Source: Verrucomicrobiia bacterium
Lineage (GTDB): Bacteria > Verrucomicrobiota > Verrucomicrobiia > CAIQCK01
Direction of reading: 5' to 3'
Assembly (NCBI GenBank): GCA_041651735.1
Contig: JBAZIR010000001.1
Span: 799 to 64,798 of the forward strand
DNA: 64,000 bases
In this document: positions 19,129 through 27,528 of the stretch, piece after piece
How the letters are laid out: every line of letters starts with the position of its first letter
Numbering within the stretch: position 1 is the stretch's first letter
The notes under the pieces: model-generated
What the model saw: the letters and a program-made list of their open reading frames with translations, nothing else
Told to the model about the DNA's origin: nothing
The model's database searches: none
Position numbers and translations under genes: made by a program

Positions 19129-19638
19129 TCAGCTCTGGAGCATCGGCCGCGCGGCGTCGGCGGCTTTGGCGATGGCTTCGGCGGTGGCGGGCGTCTTGCC
19201 CTTCTCCATGCCGAGTTCGTAGAGCTTCAAGTGGGCGAACTTGGAGAAGCCCGCGACTTCAAGCGTCTTGCGGGCGCACTCCAACGGACAGCCGTCTATC
19301 ACAAGCACCTTCGCCGCGCATTTGGTTGTCTCCACGATGCCGGGCACGCGCCCGCCGATGCCGGCCAGACAGAACATCCGGCCCACGCCTTCGGCCATGA
19401 GCTTGCGCGCGGTTTGGTCTGCGATGGCCCCGACGTCCGCCGAGCCGGAACAGGGGAAGATCAATTTCGGCGCGACCCCGCAGGCGCACACAGGCGCGGC
19501 ATTGGCTTTGGTGTCCTTCGACGTTTGTTCCGCGCCTCTGGCCACTGTGACGGCCAAAGCGCCGGCGGCGGCTGAGCCGGCCGCGCCGATGAATTGTCTG
19601 CGATTCACTTTCGGTTTCATGGCTTCCTTTCGTTTCAT
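19129..19638 (-). CDS. DGC-domain (putative zinc-binding) protein with twin-arginine leader
   Basis: NRRQFIGAAGSAAAGALAV Tat-type leader. LIFPCSGSADVG...CLAGIGG...VLVIDGCPLECARK matches the DGC domain pattern. Start at 19638 or 19620. Confidence 0.7.
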   Translation of the reverse strand: MKRKEAMKPKVNRRQFIGAAGSAAAGALAVTVARGAEQTSKDTKANAAPVCACGVAPKLIFPCSGSADVGAIADQTARKLMAEGVGRMFCLAGIGGRVPGIVETTKCAAKVLVIDGCPLECARKTLEVAGFSKFAHLKLYELGMEKGKTPATAEAIAKAADAARPMLQS

Positions 19639-19672
19639 GGTTTCATCGTTGCCAAGCTGCGGGCCGCGAGGA

Positions 19673-19906
19673 TCAGGCGAGTAGCTTCTTGATTTCTTCC
19701 ACCGACGGCACTTTGCCGGCGATTTTGAGAGTACCGTTGATCACCAGCGCCGGCGTCATCATCACGCGCAGAGCTGTGATCTGCCTGTGGTCAGTGATCT
19801 TCTCCAGGTTGTATTCCAAGCCGAGTTCTTTCGCGGCCTGTTCCGTTGCGCGTGCCAGCTGCTGACAGCGGCTGCAACCAGGTCCAAGTACGAGCAGGCT
19901 GATCAT
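19673..19906 (-). CDS. mini-thioredoxin (redox-active disulfide protein 2 / MTH895 type)
   Basis: 77 aa, with LVLGPGCSRCQQL ... MMTPALVINGTLKIAGKVPSVEEIKKLL. Confidence 0.8.
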   Translation of the reverse strand: MISLLVLGPGCSRCQQLARATEQAAKELGLEYNLEKITDHRQITALRVMMTPALVINGTLKIAGKVPSVEEIKKLLA

Positions 19907-19932
19907 GGTTTCTCCAGATTCCACAGACGCGG

Positions 19933-20166
19933 CTAGGCCAGCAGCTTTTTGACGTCATTCACCGACGGCACTTTGCCCACAACCTTGACGACGCCGTCCA
20001 CGACGAGCGCCGGGGTCATCATCACGCCGAAGTTCATGATGGCGTTGATATCGGTGACTTTTTCAAGTTGGTAATCAAGGTTTAGCGACTTGGCGGCTTG
20101 TTCGGCGGTCTCCGCCAGTTTTGTGCACTTTGCACAACCGGTTCCGAGAATTTGCAGTTTCTTCAT
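19933..20166 (-). CDS. mini-thioredoxin (redox-active disulfide protein 2 / MTH895 type), paralogue
   Basis: 77 aa, with LQILGTGCAKCTKL ... MMTPALVVDGVVKVVGKVPSVNDVKKLL. Confidence 0.8.
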   Translation of the reverse strand: MKKLQILGTGCAKCTKLAETAEQAAKSLNLDYQLEKVTDINAIMNFGVMMTPALVVDGVVKVVGKVPSVNDVKKLLA

Positions 20167-20186
20167 CGTTTTCCTTTCCATCGAAA

Positions 20187-21509
20187 TCAAGGGAAGAAGT
20201 ATCCGAAAAGCATGCCGGTGGTTGTGCCCATGATGACCACCAGCACCGTGAACACGACAGTCTTCTTCAATCCCATGATACTACGCAATACCAGCATGCT
20301 CGGCAATGACAAGGCTGGCCCAGCCAGCAACAGCGTCATCATCGGCCCGGAATGCATGCCAAGTTTGCGCAGCGCCTCACAGATGGGAATCTCGGTGAGC
20401 GTTGCAAAATACCAGAACGCGCCGATGACGCTGGCGACGAGGTTTGAGAGCAGCGAGTTGTCGCCGACCAGACCCGCAACCACTTTATCCGGCAGCAGAG
20501 CGCCGACGAAGCCGGTGACGAAGACGCCGCCAAAGAGCAGCGGGACGATCATCTTGGCAAAGTCCCAAGTGTTGGTCATCCACGAGCCGATCTCGTCACG
20601 CGTCAGCCAGCGCCACGACATCCACAGCACAGCCAAACCCATCGCCCCCGCCAGATACCAGCGGGCGTGATAGACCGACATGACCCACGTTTTGGCTTCC
20701 TCGACTTGCGCGATGTCTTTCTTGGGCAGCGTCACCTTTTCGCCGCTGGCTTGGCCCTTCCAATCCTGCTGAAGCTGGAATACCACTTCATCCTTCGTCT
20801 CTTGCAGTGTAACGGCGGCAAACTGGCCGCCGTCGTTCGTCCGCACGACGACGTTGCCGGGGTTGAACCAATCGCTGAACACCAGAAACGCCACCATGCA
20901 ACCGAGGAACGTGGAAGTCTTCCAGAGCGGACGGTGCGGCGCGTCGTCGTCCGGCATTTGTGGCTGTGCGTTGATGCGGTGTTGTTCTTCGCGCCGGAAG
21001 ATCAACGCCATCAGCAGGCCGATGAGGATCGAGAACGCGATGGCGCCGACCGCACGCCCGACGCCGATGTTAAAGCCCAGCACGCGGGCCGAGAGGAAGA
21101 TCGCCAGCACGTTGATCGCCGGGCCGGAGTAGAGAAACGCCGCCGCCGGGCCGAGGCCCGCGCCGAGCTTGTAGATGCCCGCGAACATCGGCAGCACACT
21201 GCACGAGCAGACGGCCAGGATCGTGCCGGACACCGACGCGACGCTGTAGGCCGTGACCTTGTTGGCCTTCGGGCCGAGATGGCGCAGCACCGCCTGCTGC
21301 GAGAGGAACGTGCTGATGGCTCCCGCGATGAACATCGCCGGTACGACGCACGCCAGCGTGTGGTTGCGGACATACCATTGGAGCAGCTTGAACGCTTCGA
21401 TGATGGCGGCGTTGATCTTCGGATTGGCCAGCGGCAGGAAGTAGGCGACCAGGAAAATGCCCGCGATCCAGCCGAAGGTTTTCAGTTCCTTCTTTACGCC
21501 CTCATTCAT
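20187..21509 (-). CDS. COG0701-type permease (ArsP-like) with central soluble insert
   Basis: Two homologous halves: VCSCSVLPMFAGIYKLGAG..LYSGPAINV and TEIPICEALRKLGMHSGP..LAGPALSLPS. About 100 aa of non-hydrophobic insert lies between them. Start at ATG 21509. Confidence 0.75.
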   Translation of the reverse strand: MNEGVKKELKTFGWIAGIFLVAYFLPLANPKINAAIIEAFKLLQWYVRNHTLACVVPAMFIAGAISTFLSQQAVLRHLGPKANKVTAYSVASVSGTILAVCSCSVLPMFAGIYKLGAGLGPAAAFLYSGPAINVLAIFLSARVLGFNIGVGRAVGAIAFSILIGLLMALIFRREEQHRINAQPQMPDDDAPHRPLWKTSTFLGCMVAFLVFSDWFNPGNVVVRTNDGGQFAAVTLQETKDEVVFQLQQDWKGQASGEKVTLPKKDIAQVEEAKTWVMSVYHARWYLAGAMGLAVLWMSWRWLTRDEIGSWMTNTWDFAKMIVPLLFGGVFVTGFVGALLPDKVVAGLVGDNSLLSNLVASVIGAFWYFATLTEIPICEALRKLGMHSGPMMTLLLAGPALSLPSMLVLRSIMGLKKTVVFTVLVVIMGTTTGMLFGYFFP

Positions 21510-21546
21510 GTTGTTTTCCTTTTCTTTGTGCCGAAGGAAAGCGTGG

Positions 21547-21570
21547 CTATTTAGCCAACTAGCCAAGTAT
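21547..21570. promoter_or_regulatory. imperfect palindrome related to the arsR operator candidate, between arsR and the permease
   Basis: CTATTTAGCCAACTAGCCAAGTAT shares TATTTAGCCA with the palindrome at 21920-21943. Confidence 0.3.
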
Positions 21571-21585
21571 TCGGCAAATAAAAAA

Positions 21586-21906
21586 TCACCGCGTTTGCAG
21601 CTCTTCCTCCTTGGCCGAGTTCTGTCGCACGGCGGTCACACACTGGAAAAAGTTCATCACGCACCGCGTCTTGAGCCGGTAGAACACCTGCACGCCGCGT
21701 TTGTCATCCTCCACGATGCCGGCATATTTCAGCAGCGTGAGATGTTTCGAGACGGTGGACATTTCCGATCCGACCATCTCCGTCAACTCGCACACACATC
21801 GCTCGCCCCTAGCCAGTTCATCCACGATGAACAAGCGCGTGGGGTGAGCCAGCGCCTTGAGGACGGCGGCCTGTGCCTTGAACTTGGCTGGCAATGTTTG
21901 AGCCAT
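21586..21906 (-). CDS. arsR: ArsR/SmtB-family metalloregulator
   Basis: LKALAHPTRLFIV, CVC metal site (ERCVCELTEM) and HTH STVSKHLTLLKYAGIV. Start at ATG 21906. Confidence 0.85.
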   Translation of the reverse strand: MAQTLPAKFKAQAAVLKALAHPTRLFIVDELARGERCVCELTEMVGSEMSTVSKHLTLLKYAGIVEDDKRGVQVFYRLKTRCVMNFFQCVTAVRQNSAKEEELQTR

Positions 21907-21919
21907 AAATGACAGCGGT

Positions 21920-21943
21920 ATATTTAGCCATTTGCCTAAATAT
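21920..21943. promoter_or_regulatory. candidate ArsR operator
   Basis: Perfect 8-bp arms ATATTTAG (21920-21927) / CTAAATAT (21936-21943) with an 8-nt spacer, 14 nt upstream of the arsR start. Confidence 0.4.
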
Positions 21944-22066
21944 GTCAAGCATCCGTTTTCCGCGTGAGTGCCCCAACTTGGTCCACCCCCAAAAACGTGA
22001 GGATTACTGCGCTGGCCACGCCGCCGCCTGCCGTGTGACCGAAGTAACTGCGCGCGATGTCTTGCT

Positions 22067-22825
22067 TCACGGTGTTTCTTTCCGTTGGTCCGGGGCTGCG
22101 GACCCTGTCTTGTTCTCGCTCTGAGAGGGGCGAAGTTGGCCGTCTTCCATCTCGCAGGTCCGGTCGAAGACGTCCAGCGAGCGATGGTCGTGAGTGACGA
22201 CGACGACGCCCGCGCCGTGTTCGTGGGCGACCTTGGCGAAAAGCTCCATCACCTGCCGGCCGCGGTGGCTGTCCAGTGCGGCGGTCGGTTCGTCAGCAAG
22301 GATGAGGCTCGGCTCGTTGGCGAGCGCGCGGGCCACGGCGACGCGCTGTTGCTGGCCGCCGGAGAGTGCGTCGGGCAGATGGTGGGCGCGGTCGGCCATG
22401 CCAAGGTAATCGAGCAGTTCCATCGCGCGGCGGCGGGCCGCGCGCGGCGGGGCATCATTGATTTCCAGCGCGACCTGGACGTTTTGCAGCGCATTGAGGA
22501 ACGGAATCAGGTTGGCCTTCTGGAAGACAAAGCCGAGATGCTCGCGCCGGAACGCCGTGAGGTTGACCAGTGGCCGGTCGCCGTCCATGACCGGCTCGCC
22601 GCCGATGACGATGCGGCCGGCGGTGGGCGGATTGATGAGGCCGATGGCGGTCAGCAGCGTGGTCTTGCCCGCGCCGCTTGGGCCGAGCAAGGCGATGACT
22701 TCGCCGCGTTTCACCCGCAACGACACGTCTCGGAGCGCCACGACCTCGGTGTTGCCGCTGCCATAGACTTTCGTCAGGTTGGAAACCTCGATGGCCGGTG
22801 TGTTGTCGGGAGCGAAGTTCATCAC
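22067..22825 (-). CDS. ABC transporter ATP-binding protein (MacB/LolD/DevA type)
   Basis: Walker [10 protein letters not shown], signature [10 protein letters not shown], Walker B LILADEPT. Confidence 0.9.
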   Translation of the reverse strand: MMNFAPDNTPAIEVSNLTKVYGSGNTEVVALRDVSLRVKRGEVIALLGPSGAGKTTLLTAIGLINPPTAGRIVIGGEPVMDGDRPLVNLTAFRREHLGFVFQKANLIPFLNALQNVQVALEINDAPPRAARRRAMELLDYLGMADRAHHLPDALSGGQQQRVAVARALANEPSLILADEPTAALDSHRGRQVMELFAKVAHEHGAGVVVVTHDHRSLDVFDRTCEMEDGQLRPSQSENKTGSAAPDQRKETP

Positions 22826-24033
22826 GACAAGACCTTGTTCGGCTCGACGCCCATCGCCTTCCAGATGCCGAGCAGGCTGGCCAGCACGGAGATGGCTAGC
22901 ACGATGCCGGCCAGCGCCAGCAGGTCGGGCGTTTCAATGACGACCCGACGCGGAAAGTTTGGAAACGCAAAGCTGCCCAGCCAATACGCCAAGCCATAGC
23001 CAAGCGCGCCGATGAGCAGCGATTGCTGGAGGATCAAGCCAACGATGACGCCGTTGCGGGCGCCGATGAGCTTCAGCATGGCGATGTCGTGAATCTTGTC
23101 CAACGTGAGCGTGTAGATGATCAGCGCCATGATGATGGTGGAGATGATGATGAGCAGCGTGCGAAACAGGCCGAGTTGCCGCCGCGACCGATCCACCATG
23201 CCGGACAGCAGGAGGTCCACTTGTTGTTGATGGGTGAAGACCGTGATGTCCGGCCACGTTGCGAACGTCGCCGCCACTTGGGCTGCGTTCACGCCGGGTT
23301 TCAGCATGACCGTGACGGCGCTCACTTGCGGCGGTGCCAGCGCTGGAATGCCGCTGGCTGGCCCCGCGGCGCGTTCGAGCAACAGCGGCTGGACCTTCCC
23401 AATGTCCAGCGCCTCGGCGCGGGCACGCCGGGACTGGCGCTCCAGCCGCGTCGCTTCGCCCGGCACATCGAACTGGATAACGGCGGCGTCGCTAACGGTG
23501 AAAAAGCCCAGCCCGTCGCCCGCGATTCCCGACATGCCTTTCGTGAGGCCGACGACTTCGTAAATATCCTTGCCGAGCTTCACCTTTTCGCCGAGCGCCA
23601 AGCCCAGTGAGCGGTCCGCGATCATCTCGTAGTGCGCCTGTCGCAGCGGGCGTCCGGCGACGAGCGGAATCCAATCGCCCCGGTCGTCGGGCCAGGAGAT
23701 ACCCTGCACCACGATGCGCAACGACCGTCCGCGATGCTCGCGCTGGATGGTATGCGAGACGAACCGTAGCGCCCCGGCGACACCCGGCACGGCGCGGGCG
23801 CGGTCCTCGATGTTGGCCGGGATGCGTGAAATCTCCGCAAATGGGCCTCGCGTGGCGCCCTGCACGACCCAGAGGTCCGCGCCAATCTTGTCCACCAGCA
23901 GCGTTGCCTCGCGAATCAGCCCGCGATAGATGCCGCCCATGCCCATCACAATCATCAGCAACAGGCCGACGCCAACGGTCGTCAGCGTGAACCGCCCGAA
24001 ATTGTGCCGGATGTCGTGGATGGCCAGATTCAT
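22822..24033 (-). CDS. ABC exporter permease, FtsX/MacB/DevC type
   Basis: N-terminal TM, about 230-aa extracytoplasmic loop and C-terminal 3-TM FtsX bundle. Start overlaps the HlyD stop and its stop overlaps the ATPase start. Confidence 0.85.
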   Translation of the reverse strand: MNLAIHDIRHNFGRFTLTTVGVGLLLMIVMGMGGIYRGLIREATLLVDKIGADLWVVQGATRGPFAEISRIPANIEDRARAVPGVAGALRFVSHTIQREHRGRSLRIVVQGISWPDDRGDWIPLVAGRPLRQAHYEMIADRSLGLALGEKVKLGKDIYEVVGLTKGMSGIAGDGLGFFTVSDAAVIQFDVPGEATRLERQSRRARAEALDIGKVQPLLLERAAGPASGIPALAPPQVSAVTVMLKPGVNAAQVAATFATWPDITVFTHQQQVDLLLSGMVDRSRRQLGLFRTLLIIISTIIMALIIYTLTLDKIHDIAMLKLIGARNGVIVGLILQQSLLIGALGYGLAYWLGSFAFPNFPRRVVIETPDLLALAGIVLAISVLASLLGIWKAMGVEPNKVLS

Positions 24034-25199
24034 GGCGCGACGATTCGCTGGCCGTCGACGAGTTCCGCCTTTGGCTCGGCGGGCTTGACCAGCAGGTCGG
24101 CGGCGGAGACGCCTTGGGCAATCTCAACGGTGTCGCTCCCGCGCAATCCGATGGTGACGGCGCGCCATCGCCCTTTGCCGCCGTCGTTGACGAACACACC
24201 CGGCTTGCCTTCGCGCCATTGGAGGAATCGTTGCGGGACCGCCAGCGCCGACGGCTTGTGGCCGGTCTCGATGAACACCTCGGCGCGCTGGCCAACGGTC
24301 CAGTTCTTTGGAAGCTCCTTCACGCGCACGTCCACGAGGAACTCGCGCGTTTCGCGGTCGGTCTCGCGGCCCAGGCGCGCGACCTCGCCGGAATAACTCT
24401 TCGCCGGTTCCGACCGAAAAACCACGCGTGCCGGCTGGCCGGCATTCAAAGTGGCGGAGGCGGTCTCGTCCACCCAGGCCGAGACCCAGATTTCGTTGGT
24501 GGAGATGAGTTGGAGCAGCGAACCGCCCGGCACCACCACGCCGCCGGGGTCGCGGTCACGCCGCACAATCAGGCCGTCATAGGGACTGACGATTTGCGTG
24601 AAACCGAGGCGTTCCTTCTGATAGAGGAGGTTCTTCTCGGCCGTCGCGACTTGGCGCTCGGCTTCAACGATGGCGGCTTGAGCACGCTTTACGTCTGCTT
24701 CGGCCACGTTCAACTGCTCCACCGCCCTGTCCAGTTCATCTTCGGACGAGACCTTCTTTCCGTGCAACTCGGACACGCGTTTGTGGTTCAGCCGCGCCTG
24801 CTGCGCGACGGCCAGCGCGCGGGCCTCGTCTGTCTTGACTCGTTCGAAGCTGGCCCGCGCTGCCGCGAGGGTGGCGGCGGCGACCTCGACCTGCTGCTTG
24901 AGTTCGCCGTCATCGAGCCGGGCCAGCAACTGGCCGGCTTTGACGGTGTCTCCTTGGTCCACGAGCACTTCCGCGAGCCGCTCCTGGATGCGCGGGCTGA
25001 TGGTGGTTTTGACGCGCGCCTCCAGCGTGCCGGTGCCCATAACCTCGGCAACGAGTGGCCCCATTGCAGCCCGGCAAGTCACCACGGGCGTTGGGGCAAA
25101 GACAAAACGATGGATGGCGAAGCCCGCCAACAGAACCGGAATCAGCCACTTGAGGGATCGGCGGCTGAGTTGCAGGAAACGGGTTGGGTTGGATTTCAT
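24030..25199 (-). CDS. HlyD/RND-MFP-family periplasmic adaptor
   Basis: N-terminal anchor LKWLIPVLLAGFAI, lipoyl/coiled-coil/beta-barrel pattern (GDTVKAGQLLARLD ... IVSPYDGLIV). Start at ATG 25199 (or 25211). The 735-aa track ORF is an artefact. Confidence 0.85.
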   Translation of the reverse strand: MKSNPTRFLQLSRRSLKWLIPVLLAGFAIHRFVFAPTPVVTCRAAMGPLVAEVMGTGTLEARVKTTISPRIQERLAEVLVDQGDTVKAGQLLARLDDGELKQQVEVAAATLAAARASFERVKTDEARALAVAQQARLNHKRVSELHGKKVSSEDELDRAVEQLNVAEADVKRAQAAIVEAERQVATAEKNLLYQKERLGFTQIVSPYDGLIVRRDRDPGGVVVPGGSLLQLISTNEIWVSAWVDETASATLNAGQPARVVFRSEPAKSYSGEVARLGRETDRETREFLVDVRVKELPKNWTVGQRAEVFIETGHKPSALAVPQRFLQWREGKPGVFVNDGGKGRWRAVTIGLRGSDTVEIAQGVSAADLLVKPAEPKAELVDGQRIVAP

Positions 25200-25231
25200 C
25201 AGGTGGTCCATTCTTAATCCGGCGGCAACGC

Positions 25232-26305
25232 CTATGCTGATTGATACCACCTGCGCGACCGGTTGCAAACATTGCAGACCGAGAGCATCACCGGCACTTC
25301 CACCAGCACCCCTACGACGCAGGCCAGCGCCGCGCCGGAGCTGGGGCCAAAGAGAGTGATGGCTACGGCCACGGCCAACTCGAAGAAGTTGCTCGCGCCG
25401 ATCAGCGCGCCCGGCGATGCCACGTTGTGCGGCACCTTGAACCAGCGCATCAGCCCGTAGGTAAGACTGGAGTTGAAATAGACCTGAATGAGGATAGGCA
25501 CGGCAATCAGCACCACGGCAAACCAGCGCGTGGTCAGGTTCTCCGCCTGAAACGCGAAGATGAGCACCAGCGTCAACAGCAGCGCGCCAATCATGACGGG
25601 ATGGAACTTCGGCAGGAACTTCTGTTCGAACCAAGCGAGGCCGTGCGACTTCAGCAGCGTCGTGCGCGTGACCCAGCCTGCCGCCAGCGGGATGACGATG
25701 AAGACGACCACCGAGGTGATGAGCACCTTGGCCGGCACGACGACGTTGGCGACACCGCAGAGAAACATCACGATCGGCGCGAAGGCCACGAGCATGATGA
25801 GGTCGTTGACCGCCACCTGCACGAGCGTGTAGGCCGGGTCGCCATCGGTGAGATAGCTCCACACGAACACCATGGCCGTGCACGGCGCGGCGGCGAGGAT
25901 GATGAGACCGGCGGTGTAGCTCCTCGCTGTTTCCGGATCGATCCACGCCGCGAAGACGTGCTGCATGAAAACCCACGCCAGCAACGCCATGCTGAACGGC
26001 TTGACCAGCCAGTTCACAAACAACGTCACCATCAGCCCCTTCGGCTTGCGCGCGATGCCGCCAATAGCGCTGAAGTCCACCTTCAACATCATCGGGTAGA
26101 TCATCAGCCACAGCAGCACGCCGATGGGCACATTGACCTGCGAGCCTTGGCCGAACTCCCATTTGCTCAACGCGGCGGTCACGTCCGGCAGCAGCTTGCC
26201 AAGGGCGACGCCGACGATCATGCAGAGAAAGACCCACAGCGTCAGGTAACGCTCAAAGAAAGCGAGGCGCTTTTCGGTCTGGCCATGAGTTTTCATCCGC
26301 AGCAT
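25232..26305 (-). CDS. acr3: arsenite efflux permease, ACR3 family
   Basis: LAFFERYLTLWVFLCMIVGVALG ... LWLMIYPMMLKVDF, about 10 TM, 357 aa. Confidence 0.9.
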   Translation of the reverse strand: MLRMKTHGQTEKRLAFFERYLTLWVFLCMIVGVALGKLLPDVTAALSKWEFGQGSQVNVPIGVLLWLMIYPMMLKVDFSAIGGIARKPKGLMVTLFVNWLVKPFSMALLAWVFMQHVFAAWIDPETARSYTAGLIILAAAPCTAMVFVWSYLTDGDPAYTLVQVAVNDLIMLVAFAPIVMFLCGVANVVVPAKVLITSVVVFIVIPLAAGWVTRTTLLKSHGLAWFEQKFLPKFHPVMIGALLLTLVLIFAFQAENLTTRWFAVVLIAVPILIQVYFNSSLTYGLMRWFKVPHNVASPGALIGASNFFELAVAVAITLFGPSSGAALACVVGVLVEVPVMLSVCNVCNRSRRWYQSA

Positions 26306-27456
26306 TTTCCTTTCTTGTTGGGCGACAAGGCTGGGCCGGGGCAGCAGACCTTGTCTGCCGTGGGCGTGAAGTCACCTTGCAGGAAGCGTTCGGCCAGTTG
26401 CAGCACAGACCTCGCGGGCGCTTGTTTGACGGAGTTGGCGGTTTTCACCGCCACGGCCATGTCCTGCGCTGACACGCCGAGTTTGCGCGCCTGACCGTAG
26501 TGATACTTGAAACAAGGCTCGCAGTTCGCGGCGATGGCCGCTCCGATGGCGACCAGTTCGTTGACTGCCGGCGTAACCAGACTCGCACCACACCCGCAGG
26601 TTGCCGGTTTGCTCGCCTGAACGTTGAGGCTCGTAATGTAGTCCGACGGCTTCGTGCGCTTCGGCAGGTGCTTGAGAAGGTTCCGGTAGAGAGGGTCTTT
26701 CCAGTCGGTCATCGCGTCGACGTAGTCGCTCTTCGGTGTCAGCTTGATGTCGGCCAGACCGGCCTCCCGCGCCATGCGTTCGGTCTCGCTCGCCAGCACC
26801 GCGCCGGCGATGCAACCAATCAACGCCTCGATCATCCCCGTCACTGCTTTAGGCAACGGCTTGATCAACGCGAGATCCGACACTGCCACTCGCCCGCCCG
26901 GCTTGAGCACCCGCGCGATTTCCCTCCAAACCTGTGGCTTGTCGGGCGAGAGATTGATGACGCAATTGGAGATAATCACGTCCACGCTTGCGTCGGCCAC
27001 GGGCAGGCGCTCGATCTCACCCAAACGAAATTCGACATTGTCGAGCTTGGTGCGCTTGCGGTAAGTGGCGATGTTCTTGCGCGCCTTGGCCAGCATTTCC
27101 GGCGTCATGTCCACGCCGATGACGCGACCCGTCGCGCCGACCTTCGGCCCGGCGATGAATACGTCGAAGCCGCCACCCGCGCCAAGGTCCAGCACGACCT
27201 CGCCCGGTTTGAGCGAAGCCAGCGCCGTCGGGTTGCCGCATGAAAGGCCCATGTTCGCGCCTTCCGGCAGCGCAGTCAGTTCCCCGGCATCGTAGCCGAT
27301 ATGCTGGACGAGTTCCGCCGATGCCGCTGCATTGGAGCCGCAGCAACCCGGCTTGGTGGAGCCACAGGAACCGCTGCTGGCGGCAATCCTGCCATAGCCA
27401 TCGCGGACTTTCTGCCGCACGGATTCAGGTTCAATCGAGGATCGGTTGTTGCTCAT
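26293..27456 (-). CDS. arsM: arsenite S-adenosylmethionine methyltransferase fused to a CMD/AhpD-like CxxC domain
   Basis: SAM motif VVLDLGAGGGFD. Conserved As-binding Cys contexts (GLSCGNP, ISNCVINL, LIGCIAG). C-terminal ELVAIGAAIAANCEPCFKYH CMD-type motif and CC..CCG tail. Confidence 0.85.
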   Translation of the reverse strand: MSNNRSSIEPESVRQKVRDGYGRIAASSGSCGSTKPGCCGSNAAASAELVQHIGYDAGELTALPEGANMGLSCGNPTALASLKPGEVVLDLGAGGGFDVFIAGPKVGATGRVIGVDMTPEMLAKARKNIATYRKRTKLDNVEFRLGEIERLPVADASVDVIISNCVINLSPDKPQVWREIARVLKPGGRVAVSDLALIKPLPKAVTGMIEALIGCIAGAVLASETERMAREAGLADIKLTPKSDYVDAMTDWKDPLYRNLLKHLPKRTKPSDYITSLNVQASKPATCGCGASLVTPAVNELVAIGAAIAANCEPCFKYHYGQARKLGVSAQDMAVAVKTANSVKQAPARSVLQLAERFLQGDFTPTADKVCCPGPALSPNKKGKCCG

Positions 27457-27528
27457 AGGGATTGGTCTCTCAATGGTCTATGTGTCATGCGAGCTATTCA
27501 TCAGCACAGGGTTCATCATCAGTTGCTA

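Noticed and set aside
17485-21509. Selenocysteine recoding (in-frame TGA replacing Cys) in the thiol-redox operon
   Set aside because: All CxxC and other Cys motifs are encoded by ordinary Cys codons. Every ORF ends at its first stop with family-typical length, and no SECIS-like hairpin after an internal TGA was evident.
24030-26237. 735-aa ORF in the six-frame track, which looks like one giant protein
   Set aside because: Only the C-terminal 389 residues (from ATG 25199, MKSNPTRFLQ...) look like a real HlyD-type adaptor. The N-terminal part is an Arg/Gly/Ala-rich out-of-frame read-through of the same-strand ACR3 gene (25232-26305), typical of high-GC shadow ORFs.
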